Shown piece by piece: positions 1 through 10,400 of a stretch of DNA of 32,000 nt. The notes beneath the pieces are model-generated. The model saw only the letters and a list, made by a program, of their open reading frames with translations, ran no database searches and was not told where the DNA came from. Each line of letters starts with the position of its first letter. The first letter of the stretch is position 1. Source of the stretch: Erysipelothrix larvae (lineage in GTDB: Bacteria > Bacillota_I > Bacilli_A > Erysipelotrichales > Erysipelotrichaceae); NCBI RefSeq assembly GCF_001545095.1, contig NZ_CP013213.1, forward strand, positions 930,001 through 962,000, read 5' to 3'. Both the position numbers and the translations under genes were made by a program.

Positions 1-110
1 TGCAAAAGCAATTCTGTATAAGAATAATATTGCCGATTACTTAGGCATCGACGAATAGTTACTCAGACAGATGTTATGTGGTTAAACACTGAGTTAGAAA
101 TGAGGGAGCA

Positions 111-569
111 ATGTTTTTTAAAAAATCAAACAACGTATTGAATTCGATTACCCAAGGGTCAATCATCACATTAGGTCAAGTAAGTGATCCAGTCTTTTCA
201 AACAAAATGGTTGGGGATGGGTATGCAATTGAACCCAGTGAGGGCCTTATTTATGCACCCTGTGATGGTGAAATTACGGTCGCTTTTCCTACGAAACATG
301 CCTATGGAATCAAAACGCCCAAGGGTGTGGAAGTTTTAATTCATTTAGGAATTGATACAGTACAACTCAATGGAGCAGGATTTGTAAGTCATGTAGGGGT
401 GGGGGATGTTGTGAAAAAAGGTCAATTGATTGCTGAGATGGATTTAGAATTGATCCGCTCAAAAGGAAAAGAAACAACTTCCATGGTCATCATCACAAGT
501 GGTGAACCCATAACACTTCTTACTCAAAATCAATCCGTAACAAAAAATGACGCAGTAATGTCTCTATAA
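111..569 (+). CDS. PTS EIIA component, glucose (Crr-like) family
   Basis: 152-aa ORF with SD-like GAGGGAG just upstream of the ATG. It carries EIIA-Glc family stretches GDGYAIEP, HAYGI and GVEVLIHLGIDTVQLNG. Confidence 0.85.
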   Translation: MFFKKSNNVLNSITQGSIITLGQVSDPVFSNKMVGDGYAIEPSEGLIYAPCDGEITVAFPTKHAYGIKTPKGVEVLIHLGIDTVQLNGAGFVSHVGVGDVVKKGQLIAEMDLELIRSKGKETTSMVIITSGEPITLLTQNQSVTKNDAVMSL

Positions 570-576
570 GCTTATA

Positions 577-612
577 AAACGCTCATGTCAGCAATAGATG
601 TGAGCGTTTCTC
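577..612 (+). terminator. Weak intrinsic terminator after the EIIA gene
   Basis: AACGCTCA (578-585) pairs with TGAGCGTT (601-608), followed by a short T tract. Confidence 0.45.
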
Positions 613-703
613 GTGATTTCATTAACAAAACAGATTTAATGTATACACAAGAGCCTTGATTAGTGGTAAAATTATTGGGTATGAAATAGGAGGCAATAAC
701 TTT

Positions 704-2269
704 ATGAGCAAAAAACCGGTTGTTCTAGTAGTAATGGATGGTGTTGGTTTAAGTAGCACAGTTGAAGGAAATGCTGTATTACAAGCTAAGACTCCAACAC
801 TGGATAAATTAATGGCTGAATGCCCTAATATTACGCTTAAAGCACATGGTCACGCTGTAGGTCTACCAACAGATGATGACATGGGTAACTCGGAAGTAGG
901 ACACAATGCATTGGGAGCAGGTCAAATCTACTCACAAGGTGCAAAACTAGTCAATGAATCAATTGAGGATGGATCACTTTTTGAATCAAAAACATGGAAA
1001 TGGTTAAGTGAAGATCTCGATGGTCATACACTACACCTTATTGGACTGTTATCCGATGGAAATGTACATTCACATGTGAATCATGTACTTGCAATGATTA
1101 AACAAGCTAAAAAAGATGGTGTTAAACACTTAGCACTACACGCACTTCAAGATGGTCGTGATGTTGATCAACAATCTGCACTTGAATACCTTGGACAAGT
1201 TGAAGATTTAATGGCTGAACTCAATGACGATACATTCCATGCTGAAGTTGCTTCAGGCGGTGGACGTATGCTTGTAACAATGGACCGTTATGATGCAGAC
1301 TGGGGTATGGTTGAATGTGGATGGAAGACACACGTTTTAGGTGAAGCAAGAGGCTTTGCAAGTGCGACTGAAGCAATCGAAACATACCGTGCTGAACAAC
1401 CGGGTCTTTCAGATCAATACGTACCTGCATGGGTTATTGAAAAAGATGGAAAAGCAGTAGCACCAATTGTTGATGGAGACTCAGTAATCTTCTTTAACTT
1501 CCGTGGAGACCGTGCCCTTGAAATCTCAAAAACATTTGAAGCAGGTGATGACTTTGATCGTTTCGATCGTGTACGCGTACCAAGTGTAAAATATGCAGGC
1601 ATGCTTCAATACGATGGAGACTTGGAAATTCCAAAACACTTCTTAGTTGAACCACCACATATTACAAACACAATGACAGAAACAATGATCCAAGCTGGAA
1701 AATCAATCTTTGCGATTTCTGAAACACAAAAATTTGGACACGTTACCTATTTCTGGAATGGAAATCGTTCAGAGAAGTTTGATGATTCACTTGAAACTTG
1801 GATGGAAATAAAGGGTGATGATGTAACATTCGATCAACGTCCTTGGATGAAATCTGCAGAAATTACGGATGAAGTGATTAAAGCACTTGATAGTGATCAA
1901 TTTGATTTCATTCGCATTAATTTCCCAAATGGTGATATGGTTGGACATACTGGAGACTTCTTAGCATCTGTAGTATCTGTTGAAGCAGTTGATTTAGCAC
2001 TTCAACGTTTACTTCCAGCAATCAAACGGAATGACGGAACATTATTAGTCCTTGCGGATCACGGTAATGCAGACGAAATGTTTGATAAGAAGGGTAAAGT
2101 AAAAACATCACATACATTGAACCCTGTACCATTTATCGTATATAACAGAGACGTTACATTAAAGCAAGATGGAAACTTTGGTCTTGCGAATGTCGCTTCA
2201 ACCGTGTGTGATTTAATGGATATTGCACCAAACCCAATTTGGGAAGAAAGCCTAATTGAATCGAAGTGA
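704..2269 (+). CDS. gpmI: 2,3-bisphosphoglycerate-independent phosphoglycerate mutase
   Basis: N-terminus MSKKPVVLVVMDGVGL plus motifs GNSEVGHNALGAG and ADHGNAD typical of iPGM. The ATG at 704 is preferred over the track start 656 because GGAGG lies 10 nt upstream. Confidence 0.93.
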   Translation: MSKKPVVLVVMDGVGLSSTVEGNAVLQAKTPTLDKLMAECPNITLKAHGHAVGLPTDDDMGNSEVGHNALGAGQIYSQGAKLVNESIEDGSLFESKTWKWLSEDLDGHTLHLIGLLSDGNVHSHVNHVLAMIKQAKKDGVKHLALHALQDGRDVDQQSALEYLGQVEDLMAELNDDTFHAEVASGGGRMLVTMDRYDADWGMVECGWKTHVLGEARGFASATEAIETYRAEQPGLSDQYVPAWVIEKDGKAVAPIVDGDSVIFFNFRGDRALEISKTFEAGDDFDRFDRVRVPSVKYAGMLQYDGDLEIPKHFLVEPPHITNTMTETMIQAGKSIFAISETQKFGHVTYFWNGNRSEKFDDSLETWMEIKGDDVTFDQRPWMKSAEITDEVIKALDSDQFDFIRINFPNGDMVGHTGDFLASVVSVEAVDLALQRLLPAIKRNDGTLLVLADHGNADEMFDKKGKVKTSHTLNPVPFIVYNRDVTLKQDGNFGLANVASTVCDLMDIAPNPIWEESLIESK

Positions 2270-2291
2270 GCTCATTAAATGAGCTCTTTTT
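2268..2291 (+). terminator. Intrinsic terminator of gpmI
   Basis: GAGCTCAT (2268-2275) pairs with ATGAGCTC (2279-2286), followed by TTTTT. It overlaps the stop codon. Confidence 0.85.
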
Positions 2292-2346
2292 CTTTAATCC
2301 ACGTCATAAACGTGGTATCATTAAAGAGCAAAAATGAAGGTGAAAT

Positions 2347-3309
2347 ATGGACGTAGTTAAAGTAGTGGTTCACGCGCTGGACCATCAAATGAAAACAGTA
2401 GTATTATCAGAAAAACAAGTAAACTTAAATCAAGATGATCCAGTGGATGCTCTTGTTTTAAAACTATCCAAGAGTTTAATCACAAGCTCAACAACATCAA
2501 AAGCAATTCTTAAAGAGAGTAGCTTTTTAAATGATATTGTGAATCAACAATTCGATTTTATGGGAACCAGTGAGAAAATCGCAAAGCATTGGTTTGACCT
2601 AAAAGATGCATCCGCACGATTTACAAGTTGTAATCTTCTGTTTGCGATGATTGATCAAGAAGATGAGGGTGGATACCTTTTTACAATGTTTGAAGTGAAT
2701 AGTAAACCGGGGTATATCTCTGTTGTAAAAGAAAATGAAACAGACATTGAATTCCAAGGACGGATTTTGAGTGAGTCTTTTGGTGGCATTAAGAATGCTT
2801 TTGGAATTGACTTAAGCAGTGGTGAGTTAACTGTCAAAACACCGCTAAAGACCCAAGATGTAATGGAAGAGGTCTTAGATTGTGAGATCTATCTTAATAC
2901 TAAAAATGCAGTGACAGTCTTACAAACAGTTGTTGACACGGTTTCAATGTCACGAGATGAAGATTCATTGATGAATATTATTAAAACAAAGCAATTACTC
3001 ACAGAGAATGCGGCACTTTTTGATGAAGTCGCACCCAAAGAGTTAATGACACAAGTCTTTGAAGATCTAAGTGATCAAGACCAAACACTGGTCGATGATG
3101 CCTTTGAAACCCATCATGTTGAAAACTTTTTACCATCCAAACAAGTGCAACGCTTACGCGCAGCAAAAACGCATACCATTGTAACTGAAAGTGGTGTTGA
3201 AATAAAAATACCCCTTGACTCCGTTGAAGTTGATCGTGTGTTAGAAATCGAACACGATGACAGTGGGTATGCAACCATTCATTTAAAGAATATTGGTAAG
3301 ATTCTTTAG
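2347..3309 (+). CDS. Possible nucleoid-associated protein (NdpA/YejK-like); function uncertain
   Basis: 320-aa ORF with GAAGGTGA SD. Size and N-terminal pattern resemble the 37-kDa nucleoid-associated family from memory only; no diagnostic motif was verified. Confidence 0.5.
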   Translation: MDVVKVVVHALDHQMKTVVLSEKQVNLNQDDPVDALVLKLSKSLITSSTTSKAILKESSFLNDIVNQQFDFMGTSEKIAKHWFDLKDASARFTSCNLLFAMIDQEDEGGYLFTMFEVNSKPGYISVVKENETDIEFQGRILSESFGGIKNAFGIDLSSGELTVKTPLKTQDVMEEVLDCEIYLNTKNAVTVLQTVVDTVSMSRDEDSLMNIIKTKQLLTENAALFDEVAPKELMTQVFEDLSDQDQTLVDDAFETHHVENFLPSKQVQRLRAAKTHTIVTESGVEIKIPLDSVEVDRVLEIEHDDSGYATIHLKNIGKIL

Positions 3310-3339
3310 GTGATATATCCGATTATCTAGAGGTGCATT

Positions 3340-3792
3340 ATGAAAGAAAAACTTAAATCTTTATCACTCAATCTTCTGTTGATATTTGGAATCTTTTTCT
3401 TTGCGCTTCTCATCTACTTGGTCTATATAGCAGGGCCAAATAGAGCCTATGAAAAAGAAGACCGACAACTCATTGAAGCCTTTGAAAAAAGCAACAACAT
3501 TACAAACCTTACACTTGAGAACCGCTTCGCTTTTGATGATGTAACTTACATCGTGTCAAACAGTTCGAGAACAACCTTATATTGGTTTTCACGTGACTTA
3601 AAAAATAGTGGTTTTGAAACCTATCAAGACTTTTCACCTGCACAAAGATGGGTAGATGGACAAGGATTGACCGCAACTGATATATCATATGGAGTGTATG
3701 AAGATAAACTCGTTTACTTTATTCGTACAGATCGATTTGATTTTATCATAGATTTTGAAACACAAGATGTCGTATTACGGATTGGAGTGTGA
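3340..3792 (+). CDS. Membrane-anchored protein, YpmB-like by position
   Basis: 150-aa ORF with AGAGGTG SD and an N-terminal TM segment (LLLIFGIFFFALLIYLVYIA). It lies directly upstream of dnaD; in B. subtilis ypmB lies a few genes upstream of dnaD. Confidence 0.6.
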   Translation: MKEKLKSLSLNLLLIFGIFFFALLIYLVYIAGPNRAYEKEDRQLIEAFEKSNNITNLTLENRFAFDDVTYIVSNSSRTTLYWFSRDLKNSGFETYQDFSPAQRWVDGQGLTATDISYGVYEDKLVYFIRTDRFDFIIDFETQDVVLRIGV

Positions 3793-4292
3793 TGCATATG
3801 TGGTGGAATCGACCGTATGTTAATCGAAGAGATTGGATCTTAGAAAACTTAAAAACATTGAAACTTTCTGCAAAACAAACCGTATTGTTGTTGATGATTG
3901 ATTATATGAATGGCCAAAATGAAACCATAGATTTGAATTCCTTAAATGTTAGAACAGGGCTCGAAGTTTCTGAAATCGACATGATTTTGCATGACTTACA
4001 ACGCTCAAAGCTTTTAGTTGTGAAACCATCTAAAGATCGGATTGTATTCAGCATTGATCCGTTGTTTGAAGAAGGGGTTCGCTATGAATATATGGATGAA
4101 ACCATTTATGAAGTGTTTGAATCAGAGTTAGGACGCTTGTTATCGCAACCCGAGCTTGAAATGTTAAATACATGGTTAAGCAAATATACACAAGATGAAA
4201 TCCTGGATGCACTTAGAAGTGCTATTGTTGTTCAAAAAGTATCCATGAAATATATCAACGCAATTCTCATCAATAAGCGGGACGCACAATGA
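3792..4292 (+). CDS. dnaD: DnaD-domain replication initiation/primosome protein
   Basis: The C-terminal segment LSQPELEMLNTWL...DEILDALRSAI....KYINAILIN fits the DnaD/DnaB_2 domain. The start is ambiguous: GTG 3789, ATG 3792 or ATG 3798, with GGAG at 3784-3787. It overlaps the upstream stop and the nth start (ATGA). Confidence 0.8.
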   Translation: MHMWWNRPYVNRRDWILENLKTLKLSAKQTVLLLMIDYMNGQNETIDLNSLNVRTGLEVSEIDMILHDLQRSKLLVVKPSKDRIVFSIDPLFEEGVRYEYMDETIYEVFESELGRLLSQPELEMLNTWLSKYTQDEILDALRSAIVVQKVSMKYINAILINKRDAQ

Positions 4293-4936
4293 GAACGCAA
4301 AAACTACCTGTAAATGAAGTGCTCGAAATCCTGGATTCGCTGTTTCCCAATGCGAAAAGTGATTTGGATTACCGCAATAACTTTGAACTCTTGATTGCGG
4401 TTATTTTATCTGCACAAGCAACCGATAAATCTGTGAATAAAGTAACCCCTGAATTATTTGAACACTATCCCGATGCTGATGCATTATCCCAAGCACAAAC
4501 ACGTGATGTTATTCAAATTATAAAGAGTATTGGCTTGTATGCAACCAAAGCAAAAAACATTATTGAAGCATCAAAAATCCTAGTGGATGTGTATGGGGGT
4601 GAGGTCCCATCAGATTTTGATGCGTTAGTTTCTTTACCCGGAGTTGGAAGAAAAACCGCGAATGTTGTCCGTGCAGTAGGGTTTAACATACCCGCTATCG
4701 CAGTGGATACCCATGTTCATCGTGTCGCAATTCGTTTAGGGTGGGCTAAAAAAGATGCCTCAGTATTAGAAGTAGAAAAAGCATTGATGAAGAAAATACC
4801 GAAAGAATCATGGGCAAAAGCCCATCATTTGTTACTGCTCTTTGGAAGGTATTACAGTACAGCACGTGATAAACGAAATATTTATGATGTGTTAGGAGAG
4901 ATAAAGGAGAATCAAAATGAGACAAACGACCATTAA
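4289..4936 (+). CDS. nth: Endonuclease III (HhH-GPD glycosylase/AP lyase), cysteine-free variant
   Basis: HhH-GPD core LPGVGRKTANVV...AVDTHVHRV (catalytic Lys and Asp contexts) matches E. coli Nth closely. The protein contains no Cys residues. Confidence 0.9.
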   Translation: MRTQKLPVNEVLEILDSLFPNAKSDLDYRNNFELLIAVILSAQATDKSVNKVTPELFEHYPDADALSQAQTRDVIQIIKSIGLYATKAKNIIEASKILVDVYGGEVPSDFDALVSLPGVGRKTANVVRAVGFNIPAIAVDTHVHRVAIRLGWAKKDASVLEVEKALMKKIPKESWAKAHHLLLLFGRYYSTARDKRNIYDVLGEIKENQNETNDH

Positions 4937-6230
4937 AGAAATCGCAACATGGCTTCAGTGTGAAACACGCGGTGAAGCGTTGTTAACCGGCGTGAGTGTT
5001 GACAATCGAAACGTAAAACAAGGCGACTTGTTTGTATGCCTTCAAGGGGCTAAAGTAGATGGTCACACCTTTGCCCAAAGTGCGATTGATAAAGGTGCAA
5101 CGTGTTTACTTGTAGATCACTATCTTGATCTTGATTGTCCTCAAATTCTTGTGAGTGATACACTACAAGGGCTCAGTGATATTGCATCAGCATACCGTGA
5201 TACTTTGGATGCAACGTTTATTGTTATTAGTGGCAGCAATGGCAAAACATCAACAAAAGATATGTTCTTAAGCTGCTTATCTGAAGTGGGGCCAACCATC
5301 GCAACACTTGAAAATCAGAATACTGAAATTGGAGCTTGTTTGAATCTATTTAGAATGGATGGACACACACGTTTTGGAATCTTTGAAGCAGGATTGGACG
5401 ACCCAGGTGATCTCCCAAAGATTACATGTATCATCAAACCAGACTATGCAATACTCACAAGCTTAGATCAAGCGCATATGGATAATTTTGGTACAATGGA
5501 AGCTCTTGGAAAAGAAAAATTCACACTCTTTGATGGCATAGACCCTGCGGTTTGTTATTACAATGGAGACAGTGAAATCTATCGATCACTTGCCTATGGA
5601 CAACATCCTTTTGGATTGAATAAAGACAATGAATTTGTGGTAGCAGCAATTGATGTTAAACAAGAGGGTGTTTCATTTACAGTGAATGATGATGCATATT
5701 GTGTCAACTTACTAGGAAAACACCAAGCAATTAATGCTGGAGCTGTTGTAGCGGTATTAAAAGCAATGAACATTTCCAATGAAGTTATTCGTAAAGGGCT
5801 AAAACAGGTCGCACTAACAAAGATGCGGACTGAAGTATACAAACATCATGAAGCACTCATCATTTTTGACGCCTATAAATCAAGCCCTCAAAGTGCAATG
5901 GCTGCGATTGATGTTGCTGCAGCCTATCCAACCGATACCAATCGGTTTGTTGTGATGGCGGATATGTACTCTTTAGGTGAGGGAAGTGAACAAAGACACC
6001 AAGAAGTGTTGGATCATATGCTTGCCTATCCATTTGAAAAGTATTATTTATTTGGTGAAGAGTTTGGAAAAGTAGTAAAGACTTATAATGATAATCGAAT
6101 TATGTGGTATGATGATTTTGAGGATTTAAAAAACGATGTCACAAAACTGTATCAACAAGACTGTCTCATCGTATTTAAAGGGTCTCGATATTATGAACTC
6201 GAACGATTATTAGAAGAAGGAGTTAAGTAA
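4917..6230 (+). CDS. murF: UDP-N-acetylmuramoyl-tripeptide--D-alanyl-D-alanine ligase
   Basis: 437 aa with AAGGAG SD, Mur ligase P-loop ISGSNGKTSTKDM and MurF-like N- and C-terminal domains. It overlaps the nth end by 20 nt. Confidence 0.88.
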   Translation: MRQTTIKEIATWLQCETRGEALLTGVSVDNRNVKQGDLFVCLQGAKVDGHTFAQSAIDKGATCLLVDHYLDLDCPQILVSDTLQGLSDIASAYRDTLDATFIVISGSNGKTSTKDMFLSCLSEVGPTIATLENQNTEIGACLNLFRMDGHTRFGIFEAGLDDPGDLPKITCIIKPDYAILTSLDQAHMDNFGTMEALGKEKFTLFDGIDPAVCYYNGDSEIYRSLAYGQHPFGLNKDNEFVVAAIDVKQEGVSFTVNDDAYCVNLLGKHQAINAGAVVAVLKAMNISNEVIRKGLKQVALTKMRTEVYKHHEALIIFDAYKSSPQSAMAAIDVAAAYPTDTNRFVVMADMYSLGEGSEQRHQEVLDHMLAYPFEKYYLFGEEFGKVVKTYNDNRIMWYDDFEDLKNDVTKLYQQDCLIVFKGSRYYELERLLEEGVK

Positions 6231-7252
6231 TGAATAAGAAAAGAATCTTGTTATTTTTTGGATCACAAGATAGTGAACATGATATATCAATTAAAACTGC
6301 TCAATCAATTTTTGAATTCTTCCCTTCGGATGAATTTACATGCTATCCAATATACATCAAAAAAACAGGTGAATGGATTCATGGGAAGTACACCTTAGAC
6401 TCATTCAAAAATAAAAATTTCGAAGGTCAAGAAGTATTCTTACGGTTTGATTCAGAACACCCAGGTATATTTCTTAGAGATACACGACGCAAAGTGTATG
6501 CTGACGGTGCTTTTTTAGCATTGCATGGTCCAACTGGTGAAGGCGGCCACATTCAAGGGCTATTGGATATGGCGATGATTCCTTATACAGGCAGTGATTT
6601 ACTTGCGTCAGTGACAAGCATGGACAAAGCACTCACACACCAAATTCTTGAAGGACATGGGATTAAGATGACAAACTATCAATGTGTATCATCAATTGAT
6701 GATATTGATATTGAAGCGGTTGATTACCCAGTCATCGTAAAACCATCACGTGAAGGGTCATCATTTGGTGTATCAAGTGCTCATGACTATGAAGAGCTTT
6801 TAAAGGCGTGTGAAGAAGCATTTAAATATGACACACGAATACTCATCGAAACCTTTGTTCGCGGTTCTGAAGCCTCTATTGCCGTCCTAGACACAAATAA
6901 CCATAAGATTGTCAGTGAACCAGTCCAAACAATCCTGAAGTCAGAATTCTTCAGCTTTGAAGATAAATACATTACGGACGATGTAATTGTACATTATGAT
7001 GCAACTTATTCTGACCAAACAAAACAAAAACTCAAAGATCTATCCCTTGAAATCTTTGATATTATGGGTGCGCGTCACTTATCACGGCTTGATTTCTTTG
7101 TGACAGAAGATGAAACAATCTATTTTAACGAGATAAATACAATGCCAGGATTTACAAGCACATCCTTTTATCCAATATTAATCGCCAATGAAGGCCTTGA
7201 ATACACTGATTTAATCCGCACAATTTTACAGGATGTCGTAAACAGTAAATAA
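6230..7252 (+). CDS. ddl: D-alanine--D-alanine ligase
   Basis: 340 aa ATP-grasp protein with VIVKPSREGSSFGV and a C-terminal EINTMPGFT motif. TAATG overlap with murF. Confidence 0.92.
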   Translation: MNKKRILLFFGSQDSEHDISIKTAQSIFEFFPSDEFTCYPIYIKKTGEWIHGKYTLDSFKNKNFEGQEVFLRFDSEHPGIFLRDTRRKVYADGAFLALHGPTGEGGHIQGLLDMAMIPYTGSDLLASVTSMDKALTHQILEGHGIKMTNYQCVSSIDDIDIEAVDYPVIVKPSREGSSFGVSSAHDYEELLKACEEAFKYDTRILIETFVRGSEASIAVLDTNNHKIVSEPVQTILKSEFFSFEDKYITDDVIVHYDATYSDQTKQKLKDLSLEIFDIMGARHLSRLDFFVTEDETIYFNEINTMPGFTSTSFYPILIANEGLEYTDLIRTILQDVVNSK

Positions 7253-7275
7253 TACGCTTAACCAATACAACACAG

Positions 7276-7313
7276 AGAATCACACTTCTTAAAAGAAACG
7301 GTGATTCTTTTTT
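7276..7313 (+). terminator. Intrinsic terminator after ddl
   Basis: AGAATCAC (7276-7283) pairs with GTGATTCT (7301-7308), followed by TTTTT. The loop is 17 nt. Confidence 0.7.
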
Positions 7314-7430
7314 ATGTGCGGTGACTAAAATATCATCCAAGCACACTAATAAACAACACGGCATGAAAAAACGCATTTTAAAAAATCCTAAGCGAATGAA
7401 GTTGGGTTTTACTACAGGATGAAAAGTTAA

Positions 7431-7458
7431 TAAAAAAGCGAGTGATTACCACTCGCTT
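7431..7458 (-). terminator. Intrinsic terminator of the recU-ponA operon
   Basis: AGCGAGTG (7437-7444) pairs with CACTCGCT (7450-7457). On the minus strand the hairpin is followed by a T6 run (A6 at 7432-7437 on the plus strand). Confidence 0.85.
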
Positions 7459-7465
7459 TAATGGG

Positions 7466-10400
7466 TTATTGAGTTTTAATTGTCAATGTTTGACCTTCCA
7501 TAGAGCTCAATCGAATCGAAGTTAGTGGCGTTTCGTTTGGGCCAGAAATTGAAACAATATTATTTCCACTTCCCTCTTTTTTAAGAGTGAAGTAGCCTCC
7601 AAATTGATTCGCAAACTCACTGTATGGTCGATTGGTATAATTCATTACATCGATTACAAAGTCATTAATAACTACAGTCATCTTTGATGATTTTAGTTTA
7701 CTAAGCGTAACTTTTTGTCCACGATAATCTGGGCTAACGGATGCAACGGTGTTGTATCGATTAATATCTGATACGGGTTGGTAAGTAAGTGATACTACGT
7801 CTTTTCCATATTGGTTGCTAAATCCAGTAACATCATCTTCTGTTTCGAAGTCTGGTACTTCAACTTCTGAGTTGCTCATATCCAGTGTATTACAGATTTC
7901 ATTACTGCGTTTATCTTGGTTCTTTTCAAAGGTATAGTAAGCACAAACTCTTACTTCGCCAGAGGTAAAGTTAGATAATGTGAGTTCTACGTTTTCTGTG
8001 TCACTCATCACTGTTTTTTGAAGTTCACCATTTACATAAAGATCTGCTTGATAACGGACTGCTCCAAAGATCCATGATGGGTCATACAGACGTTTTCCAG
8101 TAAAGGTACGCCCTGTTGATGATGTCATTTCAAAGGTTGTTGGTGCAACCGTAAGTGCATCGGCATTAGGGTATGGCGTCATGTTGACTGTAATCTTGGT
8201 GTTTAGAAGACCACCACTTGTCGTAATTGTAGCACTTGCTAGATCATTGAGTGTTGGTGGTGTTGCTTCAACAAGATTGAGGCGATCACGTTTTATAAGA
8301 CCTGTTGTTATGAGGCTTGAATCCATACCATCAATTGGTGATTGATATGGGAATGTGCCTAAGATATGGGTAATGTCTGAAACCGTTGAAGGGCGAGATA
8401 TTTCTCTTCCTACACCGTATTCTTCTGCAAGGACATCCAAGATATAACTGTTCATATTACCCGGTAAGTTGAATCGTTGTATTTCAGTTGTGAGCCATGC
8501 ATCTTTGTCAAACTTATCAAAGCCTGACCATGTCGCAAAGGTGAATCGATCGGTTGCATTCACAATCCATAAGTCCTTCGCAGAGTTTGCAGGAACACCA
8601 AAGTTGTTTGCATTTGCTTGGTCGTGGTTTGTCGTACCTGTTTTACCATAAACTGGGTAAGAACGACGTGTTGGCCGTGCGGTATAGGTTAAGTTATCGA
8701 GGATAACATAACGCATTGTTTGAGCGGTCATAAACGCTGCTGCTTCCGAAATTACTTGGTTTGAAGCATAAGGTGACATCACGGATTCTGAACCATCCTT
8801 AAAGTCAACTTGACGAATTGTATGCGGTTCTGTAAACACACCTCCATTAAATATGGCTGCATAAGCACCTGCAAGTTCGTAAGGTGATGTTTCAAATCGG
8901 TTACCACCAATTGAGAATTGGTGATCGAAACCATCTTCTTCAAAAATATTAAATCCAAAACTTCTTAAGTATTCAATGTATCTTTGACGACCAATTGAAT
9001 CATACACTGCTGTAAATGCTTCAATGGCTGGAATGTTACGTGAATCTGAGATTGCGCGTCTTAAGGTTACTTGACCTTCAAATCGACCATCCCAGTTACC
9101 AACTGCAAAGTCAGTTCCACCCCAAACATATGGTTGGTCCATCATGACGTGGGATGTTGCCCAACCTAAGTATTCAAAGGCTGGTGCATAATCAACAAGT
9201 GGTTTGATTGTTGATCCTGGTTGTGAATGTGTTTCTTTAACACGTAACCAAGAACGTTTGTTGTTATAATCATAACCACCCATAACAGCAATCACTTCTC
9301 CCGTTGAATTATCAACGATAGAACTTGCCATTTGTAAATCTGTTCTGCTACCAAAGTTTAAGTTACTTACTTCACGACGTGAAACTTGATCCATCGCTGT
9401 TTGAACATTGATGTTCATTGCGGTGTGGATAACCATTGGAGTTGTGACAGGGCTTTTACCAGTGATTTCTTCAGCTTCAGCAAGCACTAAGTCAACATAT
9501 GCTTGATAATCAAGTGTTTGATTTTCACCAGAACGGTCCACAAATAAGTTTTCAAGTGGTACTGTCATAGCCCGTGCATGTTCTTCTTCACTGATGTATC
9601 CATGATGAAGCATCATGTCAATAACTGTATGCGTACGATCTGTAGCAGTTTCAAGACTTGCATAAGGCGTATTGTTTGATGGTGAATTAATGACTCCTGC
9701 TAAAAATGCCGATTCAACAAGGTTCAATTCACTGACACTCTTATCAAAATAAAAGTTAGCGGATTTCTCAACACCTAAGATGTTATTCCCAGTACCAAAG
9801 TTAATCTTGTTCACATACATTTGGAAGATTGAACGTTTGCTGAGGATATTATTGTTGTTGAGGCTTGTTGCGATGTAGATTTCTTGAATCTTACGTTTAA
9901 TTCCATCAGGCCCACTGTCTGCAGGCGTTACAACTTCTCCTGTGACTGGATCTTCTTTAGAGAATACACCATTACGAACAAGTTGCATGTCAATTGTCGA
10001 AGCACCACCACCTGAGAAGGATAATCTCATGGATAAAACTGAGTCTTTAACGTTATTTAACATCGCAATGGAGAAACGTGGTAAGTCAAATCCATTATGT
10101 TCATAAAAACGCGAATCTTCGATTGATAAAAATGCATCAATTAAAGAATTCGGAATATCCTCGTATGTAATGTTTTCAACGAGTTTTGCTCCCGTGTCAT
10201 AAAACACGTCACCATTTGCATCCAAAATGACAGTTGAGTCTAAGTTCTCAAACATATCAACCGATACTTCAGGTGATTCATTCACTGCAGAAACAACAAA
10301 TATTGAGACCACAAGAACACCCAGTACACCAATTGCTGTAATTGTTCCTAGGATTCCTGCAAATATTCGTGCTTTATAATGAGGGCTATGCGTCTTTTTC

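Noticed and set aside
1-58. Open frame ...AKAILYKNNIADYLGIDE-stop running in from the left edge
   Set aside because: It is probably the 3' end of an upstream gene (possibly PTS-related), but 18 codons are too few to support any call.
7362-7421. 19-codon ORF (MKKRILKNPKRMKLGFTTG) in the ddl-ponA spacer
   Set aside because: It has no SD and lies between two convergent terminators. Probably a chance ORF.
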